A stretch of DNA of 42,497 nt from an uncultured Polyangiaceae bacterium (GTDB taxonomy: Bacteria; Myxococcota_A; Polyangia; Polyangiales; Polyangiaceae). Below, piece by piece: positions 32,290 to 42,221 of the stretch (position 1 is the first letter of the stretch; each line of letters opens with the position of its first letter). Where the stretch lies: positions 1-42,497 of the forward strand of contig CAYLJT010000001.1 in the NCBI GenBank assembly GCA_964383995.1. The letters are read 5' to 3'. Under the pieces are notes generated by a model that saw only the letters and a program-made list of their open reading frames with translations, searched no databases and was not told the DNA's origin. The position numbers and the translations under genes were made by a program.

Positions 32290-33473
32290 GTGCCCAGAGC
32301 CTTACCTCGTCGCCTTGTTCTGCCCTGCCCTTCTCCCCGGGCGCTCGTCCTCGGAGCCGCGCTCACCCTGCTGTCGAGCGGGTGCGCGAGCGCCGTCGAG
32401 CATGAGTACGTAAGCTCCTGGTTTCGCTTGGAGAAAACGGAGCGCACGGTGCTCGCGCCCCACGTCATCGAGTGGGGTGGAGGGCAGAGCGCCCAGGTGG
32501 ATTTGGACGGGGATTGGACCACCGTACAGCGCGGTGACTTTTCGGCCACGCGGATGGGAGACGCGGTAGCGGTTCGGGCGTGGTCGCCCTGGTCAGATAC
32601 GCCTCCCCACCGCGTGACGCGTGTGTACATCTACCATCCAGGGCAGGTCGAGCCCGTGGCCATTCCACCGAGAGAGTGCCCGACGCCCGTCATCAGCCAA
32701 GACCCACCCGCCCTTGGCTGCTTCAGTTGCCGGGGTCGGCAGGCCCTCGACGAGGTGCGAGATCTGGCCGATTGCCGGGAGCTGCGCGTCCTGACCTTGG
32801 ACGCGTGGGGTAGGACCTTGACGGACGATGTCGTGGCGTCTCCCATCCAAGCGCCGACCGTGGAGGGCCGCTTGCCGACCGGCGAGTGGGTCCTCGCCGA
32901 GACCAAGGCGAGCGAAGATTTCTGTTTTTTTACGGACCATTGCGTCGCTATATCGTCACCGGCCGGACGCTGTCCGAGCTGCCCTACGGCTCGGATCCGC
33001 TCTCCAAAGATTTCGACGCCGCAGAGCGCGCCAGGAAGATCCTCGCCGAGGTACCTGTCCGAGACGCGGCGCTGGCAGAGCTCGCCGCCGACCACGCTGC
33101 GGAGGAGGCGACGCGTCCCGAGCGCACGCTCGTGGACACCACGGAGACCCACCTGCGGGAGGGCATCGCGGTGGAGCCGACGGTGCCGGCGCGCCCTGGG
33201 ACTTGCTACGAGATGGTGGTTCGCTCGTCGCCCGACCTCGAGCAGATCAAGCTCTATGTAAGTTGGGATTACAGCGATATCGAGAGGTCGCTCTCGCGCG
33301 CGGGGTCGCGGGTCGCTGAGACCGCAGCGCCCTTGGTGGCGCGCCTTCAACACTGCGTGCAAGGTAGACCGCCGGCGGACTTGCTCGAGTTTCGGATCGA
33401 AGCGGGGCCTGGGGGCGGGTACGTTTCGGCGCGGCTCTATTCTTACCCTGCCCCCACGGCGCCCGTCCCTTGA
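32290..33473 (+). pseudogene. Lipoprotein gene interrupted by a frame change at a T7 tract (32925-32931); it would encode 394 aa if the tract were T8
   Basis: Frame A from GTG 32290 gives VPRALPRRLVLPCPSPRALVLGAALTLLSSGCAS..., a lipobox. It reads well up to ...EWVLAETKASEDFCFF, then becomes Arg-rich nonsense. The -1 frame (ORF 32886..33473) becomes protein-like exactly after the T-run (YGPLRRYIVTGRTLSELPYGSDPLSKDFDAAERARKILAEV...) with strong GC3 bias. Confidence 0.55.
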
Positions 33474-33812
33474 CGCGTTCGGTCACCACGGCGACCCGGA
33501 GCGCTGTCCTGTCCTGTGCGCGAATTGTCCGAGACTTCACGTCTGCGAGCACGCCCGGTGCGCCCAGCGGCCGCCGCGCAAAAGCGAGGGCGCCTTGCCC
33601 TCGACGCTCACGCACGCGCCATTTCGTGCCGATCGAACGTAAGGTCAAGTACCCTCGTGGTGGGGATGTCTCGGAAAGACAAAGTGGTGTGGGCCGGCGC
33701 CGGTGCCCGCGGCAAGACCCGCTCGGCTTTTTTTTGCGAGGCTCGCGAGAATGATGAAAAAAAATGCTGACCGTGCTACGACACGACAATCACCGCAGGA
33801 CAATTGCGATTG

Positions 33813-34172
33813 ATGAGAGGCGATCTGAAAGTGAAACTTGGTCCGGTTTACACGTTGGAAGAAACCTCCCGCATCACCGGGATCAGCACACGCCAATTGA
33901 ACCGCCACGGCTACAAGCCGGGGATGTCCTTCGCCGAGGTCGCTAAGCTCGTACCCGAAATGTACGACGGGCGACGCCTCGACCTCGGAAACCACATCGT
34001 GGTGGACCCCCGTGTCAATGCCGGGAAGCCCAGCGTCGGCGCCACCGGCGTCGACGTCGACCTCATCGTCGGCCGCTTTCGCGACGGTGAGTCCATCAGG
34101 CAGATTGCCAAGGACTACCCGATCGCGCCGAGCGTCATCGAAGACGTTTTGCGCTGGGCCCTTCGGCACTAG
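33813..34172 (+). CDS. DUF433 domain protein with an N-terminal HTH-like segment (antitoxin-like)
   Basis: ORF 33804..34172, which begins at a TTG; ATG 33813 is preferred. IVVDPRVNAGKPSVGATGVDVDLIVGRFRDGESIRQIAKDYPIAPSVIEDVLRWA follows the DUF433 pattern (..P....GKP.I.GTRI.V..I......G.S...I...YP.L....I..AL.YA). Confidence 0.75.
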   Translation: MRGDLKVKLGPVYTLEETSRITGISTRQLNRHGYKPGMSFAEVAKLVPEMYDGRRLDLGNHIVVDPRVNAGKPSVGATGVDVDLIVGRFRDGESIRQIAKDYPIAPSVIEDVLRWALRH

Positions 34173-34233
34173 ACAGAAACGCGGTCGCCGTCCGGGACCG
34201 TAGCTGCCCACGGCGACCACGCCATCGCGAGCT

Positions 34234-34259
34234 CCACGAGATCCCTTGGATCCTCGTGG
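34234..34259 (+). terminator. Hairpin (11 bp with one bulge, 3-nt loop) downstream of the DUF433 gene
   Basis: CCACGAGATCC-CTT-GGAT(C)CTCGTGG followed by CTTTCGC. It lies between convergent genes. The T-tail is weak. Confidence 0.3.
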
Positions 34260-34413
34260 CTTTCGCTCGTCCATATGCTGTAAATTCAGGTGCCCGTGGC
34301 CGCAGGCGGCTTCCCGGGTCTGCCCTCGGTTTGCCCTTCGTCGGGCATCCGGAGGGCGAATCAGCATGGTTGTGGGCGGATTGCAAGGATCGCTGAACGC
34401 GCGGGCTAGGGAG

Positions 34414-37134
34414 CTACTTCGTGTAGATGGTGGCGCGTGTCTCCCGGCCACCCGGCGCCGTCAGCGCGAAGGGGGCCTGCTCCGCGCCCTGGGGGATCTC
34501 CACGACCTTGCCGTCGATGGTGGCGGCCTGAATGGTGCGGCCCGCTCTCGGCGTCAGGATGAGCACGCGGTCGCTCGTGGGACGGTAGGCGACTTCGAGG
34601 GACCCCTCGCGCTCGTTGACGTCGACGAGCGCGGTGCGCAGGGACAGGCGTTCGCCCTGGATCCTCGGCACGAGCGTGAGGCCCGCAGCGCTGGCCTCGA
34701 CACCTACCATCTTGAGCATGGCAAACAGCGGCAAGGCGTGTTGGTTGTTGTTTTGGGTAGGAAAGTCGACCATCGGCGTTACAGGGCTGAGCCAGCTTTG
34801 TCCGGGACGATCTCCCTCGGGGCCGTTCAGGCCATCGGGTCCGCTCCAGATGCCGTACCACACCTCGGGGTAAGCTCTCGCGTGACCGACCATCGTGTTC
34901 TTCTGAAAGTGCGCGAAGGCAAGGTCGGGGTCGGACTGGGCGAGGCCCCAGGTGTAGAGGGCGCTGATCGCGGGCCAAACCTGACCTCCGCGGGTCAGCG
35001 TGGCTCCCGCGGGTGACGGAGCGTCGAGCTCGTCGGCCAGGGTCGCGATGACGCGGAGCCTGTCTTCCTTCGAGGCGAAGATGTCTCCGACGAGGGCCCA
35101 CACCTGCGCTTCCAGGTTGACGACGTCGGTGTAGCGCAGGACGCCGTCGCCGAAGTAGGCGCGGCCATAGAAATTGCCGGTGAAGGTGGCCAAGACGGCG
35201 GCGCGGTAGGCGTCCACGCGGGCCCGGACTTCGGCCGCCAACGCTGGATCGCGCGCCTCGACGAGGTCGGCTACCCGTGGCAAGATGGTCACCGCCATTT
35301 GCGTGTTGGGGACGCTCTCCCCGTTTGCGATGGCAAGATCGCGGTCGGGGGCCTCGAACACGATACCGTCGCTCCAGTCGCCGGTGCCCACGCGGACAAG
35401 CCCGTGCTCGCCGGTGCCCACGTCGTCGAACAGGTGGCGCAACGCGTCGTGGAGGTGATCCCAGGTGGTCGCGTCGGGGCGCGCCTCCCTGGGGTAATAC
35501 GGCATGGTGGCGTCCAGGAAGGCAAGGTCGCCGGTGGCGCCCACGTACTCGCTGAGCGCCCACAAGAAGAACAGGTCGAGATCGCTCGGTGCAGTGTGGA
35601 TGCCAAGGGCGTCGTCGAGCATGCCATGACCCTGAAAGGCATAGGAGAAGCGCCGGTCCTCGGCGTAGTGGACGCCCATGTACAGGGCCAGCTCTTCACG
35701 CGCGAGCTCGGGGTGGGTGTACACGAGAGGCAAGGCGAAGAGCCCGAGATCGCGGGCCGCCCCGTCGGCGCCGTGGAGGTAGAGATAGGCGGAGCCCTGC
35801 GGCACGACGTGACCTTGCCAATAGTCTCGGACACCCACGCTCACCTCCATTTGCGTGGCGTGCCAGGCCATCTCGCGTTGGAGCTCGGGGGCGGCGTCGC
35901 TGGCGAAGGCGGGCGCGTGGGCGAGGAGGTCGGCCTGGGCGCCCGCGACGAGATCGGCGTAGGGGTCGCGCAGGGCAGGATCGATGGCAAGGACGGTCGG
36001 CGCGCCGAAGGGCGTGTAGCCGTAGGCGAAGCGCAGGATCTGGGAGCTGTTGGGGGGAAGGGAGACGTCGCTCCTGACCACCAGCACATGGGGTTGTCCG
36101 AGACCGTTGCGCGCCGGGCCGGGCTCTTCGCTCGGGGCGCGCGCGGTGACGGCGTCGGGGCGCGCGACGCCGCCTGCGCCAAAGAACGTGGCCTGATCGA
36201 AATACACGCCGTCGACGGGGCCGACCAACGTCAAGAGCTGGGGGTTGCCTGGGTAGTAGTCGACCGGGTCGGGGGCGTCGATGGAAGGTGCGTCGACCTC
36301 CGCCGTCCACTGCCTTTCTACGCCTACCGCCGCGGCCGAGCGGTCGAAGAAGGGTTGCTCGTCGAAGAGGCCGTTTCGCTCGTCGCGCGCGTTGGCGGCA
36401 GAGGTAGGAAGGGCGGTCAGCGGGGTGCCCGAGACAGCCCAGTTGATCTCGATGGGCCGCCGGCCGACGTCCCACACCTCGTAATGGGAGACGGTCTTTG
36501 CGGCGTCCTCGGTGTTGGTCAGTTCGACCTGGTCAATCACGAACGGCGCGTCGCCGGGCGGACAAAACGTGGTGCGCTCGACCCGCACGCCGCGAAAGGT
36601 CGTTGTCTGTTGGCCGTACCCGATGCCGAAGACGCGTTTGGTCTCGGCACCTTCGGGGCGCTCGGCGTAGGCCGTCGACCAGGTGGCCTGACCGTCGTCC
36701 AGGTAGCTGAATCCACCCGCGTAGTTGCCCTGTTCGGGCTCGTGTTTGTTGAGGTAGGTGGGCCCCCGATCTTGCGTCGTGACCTCGACGTAGCCGTCGT
36801 TCACGAGCCAGGCATTGATGCGGCTGTTGCCGAAGGCGCCCCAATGATCGCGGCGATCGAGGCCCTCGCTGTTGAAGAAACGGGCGCGCTCGTCGGCGTG
36901 TTGATCGAGGCCGTACTCGTAGGCAGGCACCTTCCGTTCGTCGAGCGTGAAGCGCCCGAAGATGCCGCTCCCCAGGCTGCACTCGGAGAACTCCGCGGGG
37001 CTATTCAGATCGACGGGGGCGCAGGTCTCGGGCGGGGGCGCGTAGGGAGGCTCGCCTGGAACCGGTGACAGACCGCTTTCACCGCAGGCGAGCAGCGCCG
37101 CGGAGAACGCCAAAAGGGGGACGCGCCGTGCCAT
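34414..37134 (-). CDS. Large lipoprotein (906 aa), probable (alpha/alpha)6-barrel glycoside hydrolase/phosphorylase-superfamily enzyme (GH94/GH15-like)
   Basis: ORF track. Lipobox: MARRVPLLAFSAALLACGES. The VGTGDWSDGI segment resembles the GDWND catalytic-loop motif of GH94-type enzymes. This is a weak, motif-only family assignment. Confidence 0.6.
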   Translation of the reverse strand: MARRVPLLAFSAALLACGESGLSPVPGEPPYAPPPETCAPVDLNSPAEFSECSLGSGIFGRFTLDERKVPAYEYGLDQHADERARFFNSEGLDRRDHWGAFGNSRINAWLVNDGYVEVTTQDRGPTYLNKHEPEQGNYAGGFSYLDDGQATWSTAYAERPEGAETKRVFGIGYGQQTTTFRGVRVERTTFCPPGDAPFVIDQVELTNTEDAAKTVSHYEVWDVGRRPIEINWAVSGTPLTALPTSAANARDERNGLFDEQPFFDRSAAAVGVERQWTAEVDAPSIDAPDPVDYYPGNPQLLTLVGPVDGVYFDQATFFGAGGVARPDAVTARAPSEEPGPARNGLGQPHVLVVRSDVSLPPNSSQILRFAYGYTPFGAPTVLAIDPALRDPYADLVAGAQADLLAHAPAFASDAAPELQREMAWHATQMEVSVGVRDYWQGHVVPQGSAYLYLHGADGAARDLGLFALPLVYTHPELAREELALYMGVHYAEDRRFSYAFQGHGMLDDALGIHTAPSDLDLFFLWALSEYVGATGDLAFLDATMPYYPREARPDATTWDHLHDALRHLFDDVGTGEHGLVRVGTGDWSDGIVFEAPDRDLAIANGESVPNTQMAVTILPRVADLVEARDPALAAEVRARVDAYRAAVLATFTGNFYGRAYFGDGVLRYTDVVNLEAQVWALVGDIFASKEDRLRVIATLADELDAPSPAGATLTRGGQVWPAISALYTWGLAQSDPDLAFAHFQKNTMVGHARAYPEVWYGIWSGPDGLNGPEGDRPGQSWLSPVTPMVDFPTQNNNQHALPLFAMLKMVGVEASAAGLTLVPRIQGERLSLRTALVDVNEREGSLEVAYRPTSDRVLILTPRAGRTIQAATIDGKVVEIPQGAEQAPFALTAPGGRETRATIYTK

Positions 37135-37146
37135 GCGGACAGCGTA

Positions 37147-37887
37147 TCAGACCCATTTCATTTCGGTCATGCGGCGTTCGAAGGCCTGTACGAGCGCGTG
37201 GGCATGGGCCACGTCGCGGCTGGAATAGCCCTCGCTGGAGCCGAGCTCCAGGGTGCCATAAAGCCCGGCTTCTCCCACGATGGGGATCATCAGCGCGGCC
37301 GTGGGTGGAGGCGACTTGCCAAGGCTTTCGAGGCGCTGCAGGAGCTTCTGACCGGCGACGCCCGGGATGGGCTCGCTGATGACCATGCGGTCGGCGAAGG
37401 CCTCGGCCAGGATGGGATCGCCCGGCTCGATGGTGCTCGGCGCGACGTCTTTGGAGCGCGGGCCGTGGGAGCAGGCAACCTGGTTGTCTTGGCCGTCCTT
37501 GTCCAGGATTTGGTGGATGAAGCCCACGCTGGAGCGGGTCATCATGACGGCGGCCCCGAGCAGCAACATCAACGCGGAAGACAACGTCTCGGCCAGCGCG
37601 AGGGCGTCTTCGGGGCTCGTTTGCGAGATGCGATCCGACAGCGGAACGGTCTCATCCTCGTCGTCTTCGGCGCTGCTTTGCAGGAGCCTCGCGCGGATCT
37701 CCAAGACCGGGACCCAGATTTTCCATGTAACGTGTCTAACAAAGCTCTCCTGGGGCACCTTGTCCGCCAAAATTCCCCGGGAAAGGAGCTCCAAGTCGAC
37801 GGGACCTACGGCCTTCGAGCCATTGGTGACGAACCATCCCCCTTCGGTGGGGAGCACATCGGGTATGGCGTAGGGGTCGGCGGGCAT
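37147..37887 (-). CDS. GYF_2 (DUF4339)-like N-terminal domain plus GAF-like C-terminal domain protein
   Basis: ORF track. GWFVTNGSKAVGPVDLELLSRGILADKVPQESFVRHVTWKIWVPV fits the GYF_2 pattern. The C-terminal ~150 aa (…VGFIHQILDKDG...ALMIPIVGEAGLYGTLELGSS…DVAHAHALVQAF) looks GAF-like. Its stop is 12 nt upstream of the next gene's start. Confidence 0.6.
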   Translation of the reverse strand: MPADPYAIPDVLPTEGGWFVTNGSKAVGPVDLELLSRGILADKVPQESFVRHVTWKIWVPVLEIRARLLQSSAEDDEDETVPLSDRISQTSPEDALALAETLSSALMLLLGAAVMMTRSSVGFIHQILDKDGQDNQVACSHGPRSKDVAPSTIEPGDPILAEAFADRMVISEPIPGVAGQKLLQRLESLGKSPPPTAALMIPIVGEAGLYGTLELGSSEGYSSRDVAHAHALVQAFERRMTEMKWV

Positions 37888-38013
37888 GGCTCGGCTACAC
37901 TAATCGATTCGCGTTCGAGGGGAAGCCTCTGGGCGTTGGCGGGAGGCTCGCGTACACTGCCGGCCCTCCATTGCGGAGCTCGCCGCAGCAACAACCAACC
38001 AAGGCCCCCAGCG

Positions 38014-40371
38014 ATGTCTGAACCCTTGTCTCAGCCCGGTACCGCGATCCCCGAACGTCATGGAATTCTCATCGTCGGTTCCGGCTACGGCGGCGCGGTG
38101 ACGGCCGCGCGCCTCGCGAAGCTTGGGCACGCGGTCAGCGTGGTGGAGCGGGGGCGCGAATGGCGTCCGGGATCGTTCCCCGACGCGACCGTGGCCTGGG
38201 CGTCCGAGATGCGGACCGACGCGCGACCGGGCGGGCTCTACGACTACCAGGTGGTGGGTGATGCCGCCGTGCTGACGGGAAACGGTCTGGGGGGCGGCTC
38301 GCTCATCAACGCGAACGTGGTCATCGAGCCCGGGCCCGAGGTGTTCGAGAGCCCCAGGTGGCCCGCGGTCATTCGCGAGGAGGCCCGCCAAAACACCCTG
38401 AAAGGCTACTACGAGCGCGTGCGCCAGGTGATTCGCCCCGAGGTCGTTCCGGCCGACAAAGTGCCGCCCAAGGCCAAGGCGCACTTGGAGGCCTCCCGGA
38501 AGGCCGGACGTGACGCTGGCCTCTTGAACCTTGCCGTTCATTTCGGCGACAAAGCCGAGAACGCCGCGGGAGTCGTGATGGAGCAATGCACGATGTGCGG
38601 CGACTGCATCACCGGGTGCAACGTCGGCGCGAAGGGCACGCTGCCCACGAACTACCTCGCGATGGCGAAGGAAGCGGGGGCGGCGCTCTTTACCGGGGTC
38701 GAGGTCGAGTACGTCTTGCCCTGCCCGGAGGGCGGCTATTTCGTTTATGTGCGGGCGGAGCGCAGCGACGAGACGTGGGGTGCCAAGGTGCTCTTCGCGG
38801 AGGCGGTGATTCTGGCCGCCGGAGTCCTCGGCTCCACCGGCATCCTGCTGCGCTCTCGGGACCGTGGTCTCGCGGTCTCCCCGCGCTTGGGGCACTATTT
38901 TTCGATCAACGGCGACATGTTGGGCTTCGGCTACAACACCGATGTCCGGACCGACATCGTGGGCTTTGGCAATCATCCACCCCCGGAGCCGGGCTTCTCC
39001 GTGGGGCCTGGCATCCTTTGCTACACCGACTATCGGTCTCACAAGACCGCCGGGGCCCTCGACTTCATCATCCAAGATGGCGCCATTCCGCGGGCCCTGG
39101 CGCCCACCGTCCGCAAGGGCGCGCCCATCGCGGCGGCGGTCGACGGGGAAGACACCGACAGCGGCCTCTTGGACACCGCGGCCGAGATCTCCCGCGTGAC
39201 TCGGGATCTCGTGAGCGACAGTCCGAAAGGCGCCTTGAATCACACGGCCATCTTCCTCGCGATGGGGCACGACGGCGCCGACGGCCGCGTGATTTTGGAC
39301 CACCGCGAGCGGCCCAAGGTGGTTTGGGGCGCCCTGGCAGAACGCCGAGTTTTCGAGGGGATTTATCACGAAATGCGCGATCTTACGGCCCAGCTTGGGG
39401 GCACGTTCCTGCCCGCGCCCAAGTGGACTGTCTTGCTCGGTGACGTGCCGATGACCGTCCATCCTTTGGGCGGTTGTCCCATGGGCGAGAGCGACAAGAC
39501 GGGCGTGGTCGATCCGGACGGTCGCGTGTTTCGGTTGGGCTCTACCTGCCATGAGGGCCTGCTCGTGGCCGACGGCGCGATCATGCCGACGTCGCTCGGC
39601 GTAAACCCGTTCTTTACGATTGCCGCGCTGGCCGAGCGCATCTCGGATCGCTTCGACGCGAGCCGGGTGGTAAACGGTGTCCGTCAACCCGTCGTCCCGC
39701 GCTCCGGGCCGATCCCCGAGGCGCCCGTGGTCACGCTGAACGCGGGGGTGGATTTCAACGAGAAGATGCGCGGTTTCTTGTCGCGCGATCTGACCACCGC
39801 CAAGACGCCGGAGCAATTCCTGGAGGCCGAGAGCCGCGGGCTCAACACGCGTCATGGCTGCGAGATCTCCCTGACCATGATCATCAACGACATCGACAAG
39901 TTCATCGGCACCCACTCCCACGCGGCGGAGGCCGTGGGCTACGTGGACACTGAGATGTTTGGCAAGAAGCGCCCCGTCGATCGGGGCCTGTTCAACCTGT
40001 TCATTCAGGATGAGGCGACCGGCGAAAAGCGCATGATCTACGAGCTTGTGTTCTTCGGCGCCGACCGCCAAAAATACCTCTTGGCGGGCTTCAAGGTCAT
40101 TCGCGACGACGCGGGGCCCGACCTGCTCACCGACGTGACGACGCTCTTCACGACCATCCACCGCGGAGGTGGCAAGGACGGTCCCATCGTGGCGCAGGGC
40201 ATCTTGCGGATCCCGCCCGACGAGATTGCCAGTTTGGTCGAGAGCCTCGAAGCTCGGCACCCGTCGGGGGTCGGCGACGAGCTCGTCACATTGGGCAAGT
40301 TGGGTCGGTTTTTCTTCGGCGGTCTGTGGGACACCTACTTCAGCCGCAGCCGCGCGGTGTCCGAGACATGA
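38014..40371 (+). CDS. GMC-family FAD oxidoreductase, cholesterol-oxidase-like, with a ~250-aa C-terminal extension (785 aa)
   Basis: ORF 37198..40371, trimmed to ATG 38014 (MSEPLSQPG...). FAD fold: GILIVGSGYGGAVTAARLAKLG. Also present: GNGLGGGSLINANV and TVHPLGGCPMG, as in cholesterol oxidases. Confidence 0.85.
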   Translation: MSEPLSQPGTAIPERHGILIVGSGYGGAVTAARLAKLGHAVSVVERGREWRPGSFPDATVAWASEMRTDARPGGLYDYQVVGDAAVLTGNGLGGGSLINANVVIEPGPEVFESPRWPAVIREEARQNTLKGYYERVRQVIRPEVVPADKVPPKAKAHLEASRKAGRDAGLLNLAVHFGDKAENAAGVVMEQCTMCGDCITGCNVGAKGTLPTNYLAMAKEAGAALFTGVEVEYVLPCPEGGYFVYVRAERSDETWGAKVLFAEAVILAAGVLGSTGILLRSRDRGLAVSPRLGHYFSINGDMLGFGYNTDVRTDIVGFGNHPPPEPGFSVGPGILCYTDYRSHKTAGALDFIIQDGAIPRALAPTVRKGAPIAAAVDGEDTDSGLLDTAAEISRVTRDLVSDSPKGALNHTAIFLAMGHDGADGRVILDHRERPKVVWGALAERRVFEGIYHEMRDLTAQLGGTFLPAPKWTVLLGDVPMTVHPLGGCPMGESDKTGVVDPDGRVFRLGSTCHEGLLVADGAIMPTSLGVNPFFTIAALAERISDRFDASRVVNGVRQPVVPRSGPIPEAPVVTLNAGVDFNEKMRGFLSRDLTTAKTPEQFLEAESRGLNTRHGCEISLTMIINDIDKFIGTHSHAAEAVGYVDTEMFGKKRPVDRGLFNLFIQDEATGEKRMIYELVFFGADRQKYLLAGFKVIRDDAGPDLLTDVTTLFTTIHRGGGKDGPIVAQGILRIPPDEIASLVESLEARHPSGVGDELVTLGKLGRFFFGGLWDTYFSRSRAVSET

Positions 40372-42221
40372 CCGACGAGCGCCCGCTCCAAGAGCCGCGT
40401 CAAACGGCCTTGTCTGCCGTGAACGTGGTGGTCTTGGGGGGCGTGCTCGCCGCGGCCCTCGGCCTCTTGGCGAGCGAAGGCGCGTTCGTCCTCGTGCCCT
40501 GGCAGACGTGGGCCCTGACGGCGCCGCTGTTGCTCGCCGCCCTGGCCTACGCCGCCTTCGAGCTGTCATTCAAGAGGCACCTCTTCACGCTGGGCCTTGC
40601 CATCGGCGTGGGCTACCTGACCCCCCTGGCCTTCGCGTCCGAGCCCGCTTCCCATTCAGGCGCGCTGTTTTATGGCGTCATGGCCGTGTTGGCGCACGGC
40701 GTGACGACGCGCATGTTTGGCCCCTACATCCGCCCGAAGCTCGCGTCGGTCTACCGCTCTCCCAACGTGGTGCTCGTGCTCATCGCCGCGGGCTTGTGCG
40801 CCTTCGCCCTGGGAGACGTCGCGAGCTGGCCCGTCGCCGTGCTGCTCTACGCGCTGTTTCTGGCCGTGGGCCTGCACGCGCTTTGGATCGTCGACCCCGG
40901 CACGCTGCTGTCGGTCTTCCTGGCGAGCCTGGTGGTAGGTTTCTCCGGCAAGCTCCTTGGGCTCTTCGGCGGCCTGCCTGCCATGTTGTCCCCGCCCCCG
41001 CCGTTGCTCTCCGATCTGGGCCGGTTTCCCCTGACATTCGGTCTCGCGTACGGCGTGTCGGCCGTGTTGGCCCGCGAGTCTCCCATCGCTAAGATCCGCT
41101 ATTTCACCGAGACGCGGCTGTTCGAGGAGCACCGGCAGCACGTCATGTGGAGCGCGGGCAAGGCCCACAAGGTCGCCACCGTGAGCGAGGCCAAGGACCG
41201 CTTTGCCGCCCTGGAAGAGGTCCTCGAAAAGGCAGGTTTTTGGCCCCACCTGGAGCAGGCCCAGAGGTCGTCGGGCAAAGACGTCCAGGACTTCATGGTG
41301 GTCATCAAGCCCAACCTGATGTTCATGTACTCCGAGATCGATCGCTCGACGTTCACCGATCCGAGCCTCGTGGAGCACTTGATCGACCGCCTGCGGGAGC
41401 GAGGCTACCGAGCCATTTTCGTCGTGGAGGCCCAGTCGGCCTACGGCAACTACTTCGAGGGTAGGGGCGTCGAGAATGTGGCGCGGGTGGCTGGCTACCA
41501 GCCCAAAGAGCGCTACACCATCGTCGACTTGACGGAAGAGATGGTCCCCCACACCTACAAAGCGCCCCTCGGCGAGCACTTCGTCGGCAAGACCTGGCGC
41601 GACGCCGACTACCGGATCTCCTTCGCCAAGAACAAGACGCACACCTGGGCCTGGTACACGCTGACCATCAAGAACGTGTATGGGGCCCTGCCCATGCAGG
41701 ACAAGCTCGCCGAGTACCACTACCGGCGCGAAATCTACTACCCGACCATCGACGCCTGCATCGATTTTCCCGTGCACTTCGGCATCGTCGACGCGTGGGA
41801 GAGCGCCGACGGGCCCTTCGGCATCTTCGCCGACAAAGAGCCGAACGCCACGCATACCATGTTGGCCGGGTCGAACCTCTTGGCCGTGGACTGGGTCGGG
41901 GCGACGAAGATGGGTATCGATCCGATGCGGAGCCGCTTCATGCAGCTCGCCGTTCAGGCCTTTGGCAAGCCCATGATTGATCTGGACGGCGATCTGACCG
42001 TCTACCCCGGCTTCCGCGTGCCCTCGAAGGATCTCATCGATTTCTGGGATCACGCAGAAGAGACGTACACCTTCACGAACACCGCCTTCGCGCTCCTCAA
42101 CCACGACTACATGAGCAAGGAGTTCGCCCGAAAGCCGATGTCGCTCTGGATGACCGTGTTATCCAAGTTGTTCTCTCCCCTCGGCGGTGTGGTCTACAGG
42201 TCGCCCAGAGACAAGAAATGA
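40368..42221 (+). CDS. Membrane protein: ~6-7 TM N-terminal domain fused to a DUF362 domain (617 aa)
   Basis: ORF 40326..42221, trimmed to ATG 40368, which overlaps the upstream TGA (ATGA). The N-terminal 230 aa are hydrophobic. The C-terminal part FMVVIKPNLMFMY...DPSLVEHLIDRLRERGYRAIFVVE...NKTHTWAWYTLTIKNVYG resembles DUF362. Confidence 0.75.
   Translation: MTDERPLQEPRQTALSAVNVVVLGGVLAAALGLLASEGAFVLVPWQTWALTAPLLLAALAYAAFELSFKRHLFTLGLAIGVGYLTPLAFASEPASHSGALFYGVMAVLAHGVTTRMFGPYIRPKLASVYRSPNVVLVLIAAGLCAFALGDVASWPVAVLLYALFLAVGLHALWIVDPGTLLSVFLASLVVGFSGKLLGLFGGLPAMLSPPPPLLSDLGRFPLTFGLAYGVSAVLARESPIAKIRYFTETRLFEEHRQHVMWSAGKAHKVATVSEAKDRFAALEEVLEKAGFWPHLEQAQRSSGKDVQDFMVVIKPNLMFMYSEIDRSTFTDPSLVEHLIDRLRERGYRAIFVVEAQSAYGNYFEGRGVENVARVAGYQPKERYTIVDLTEEMVPHTYKAPLGEHFVGKTWRDADYRISFAKNKTHTWAWYTLTIKNVYGALPMQDKLAEYHYRREIYYPTIDACIDFPVHFGIVDAWESADGPFGIFADKEPNATHTMLAGSNLLAVDWVGATKMGIDPMRSRFMQLAVQAFGKPMIDLDGDLTVYPGFRVPSKDLIDFWDHAEETYTFTNTAFALLNHDYMSKEFARKPMSLWMTVLSKLFSPLGGVVYRSPRDKK

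Noticed and set aside
34173-34290. A degraded PIN-like (DUF5615) toxin partner downstream of the DUF433 gene
   Set aside because: One frame gives ...TVAAHGDHAIASSTRSLGSS..., only vaguely reminiscent of the L..aGHD..hv.dlGL motif. It is too short and too weak to call. The DUF433 gene is treated as an orphan.
37198-38013. The N-terminal 272 codons of the 1057-aa ORF as part of the GMC oxidoreductase
   Set aside because: This segment is antisense to the well-supported GYF-GAF gene and translates as Gly/Arg/Ala-rich sequence. The flavoprotein fold starts right after ATG 38014.
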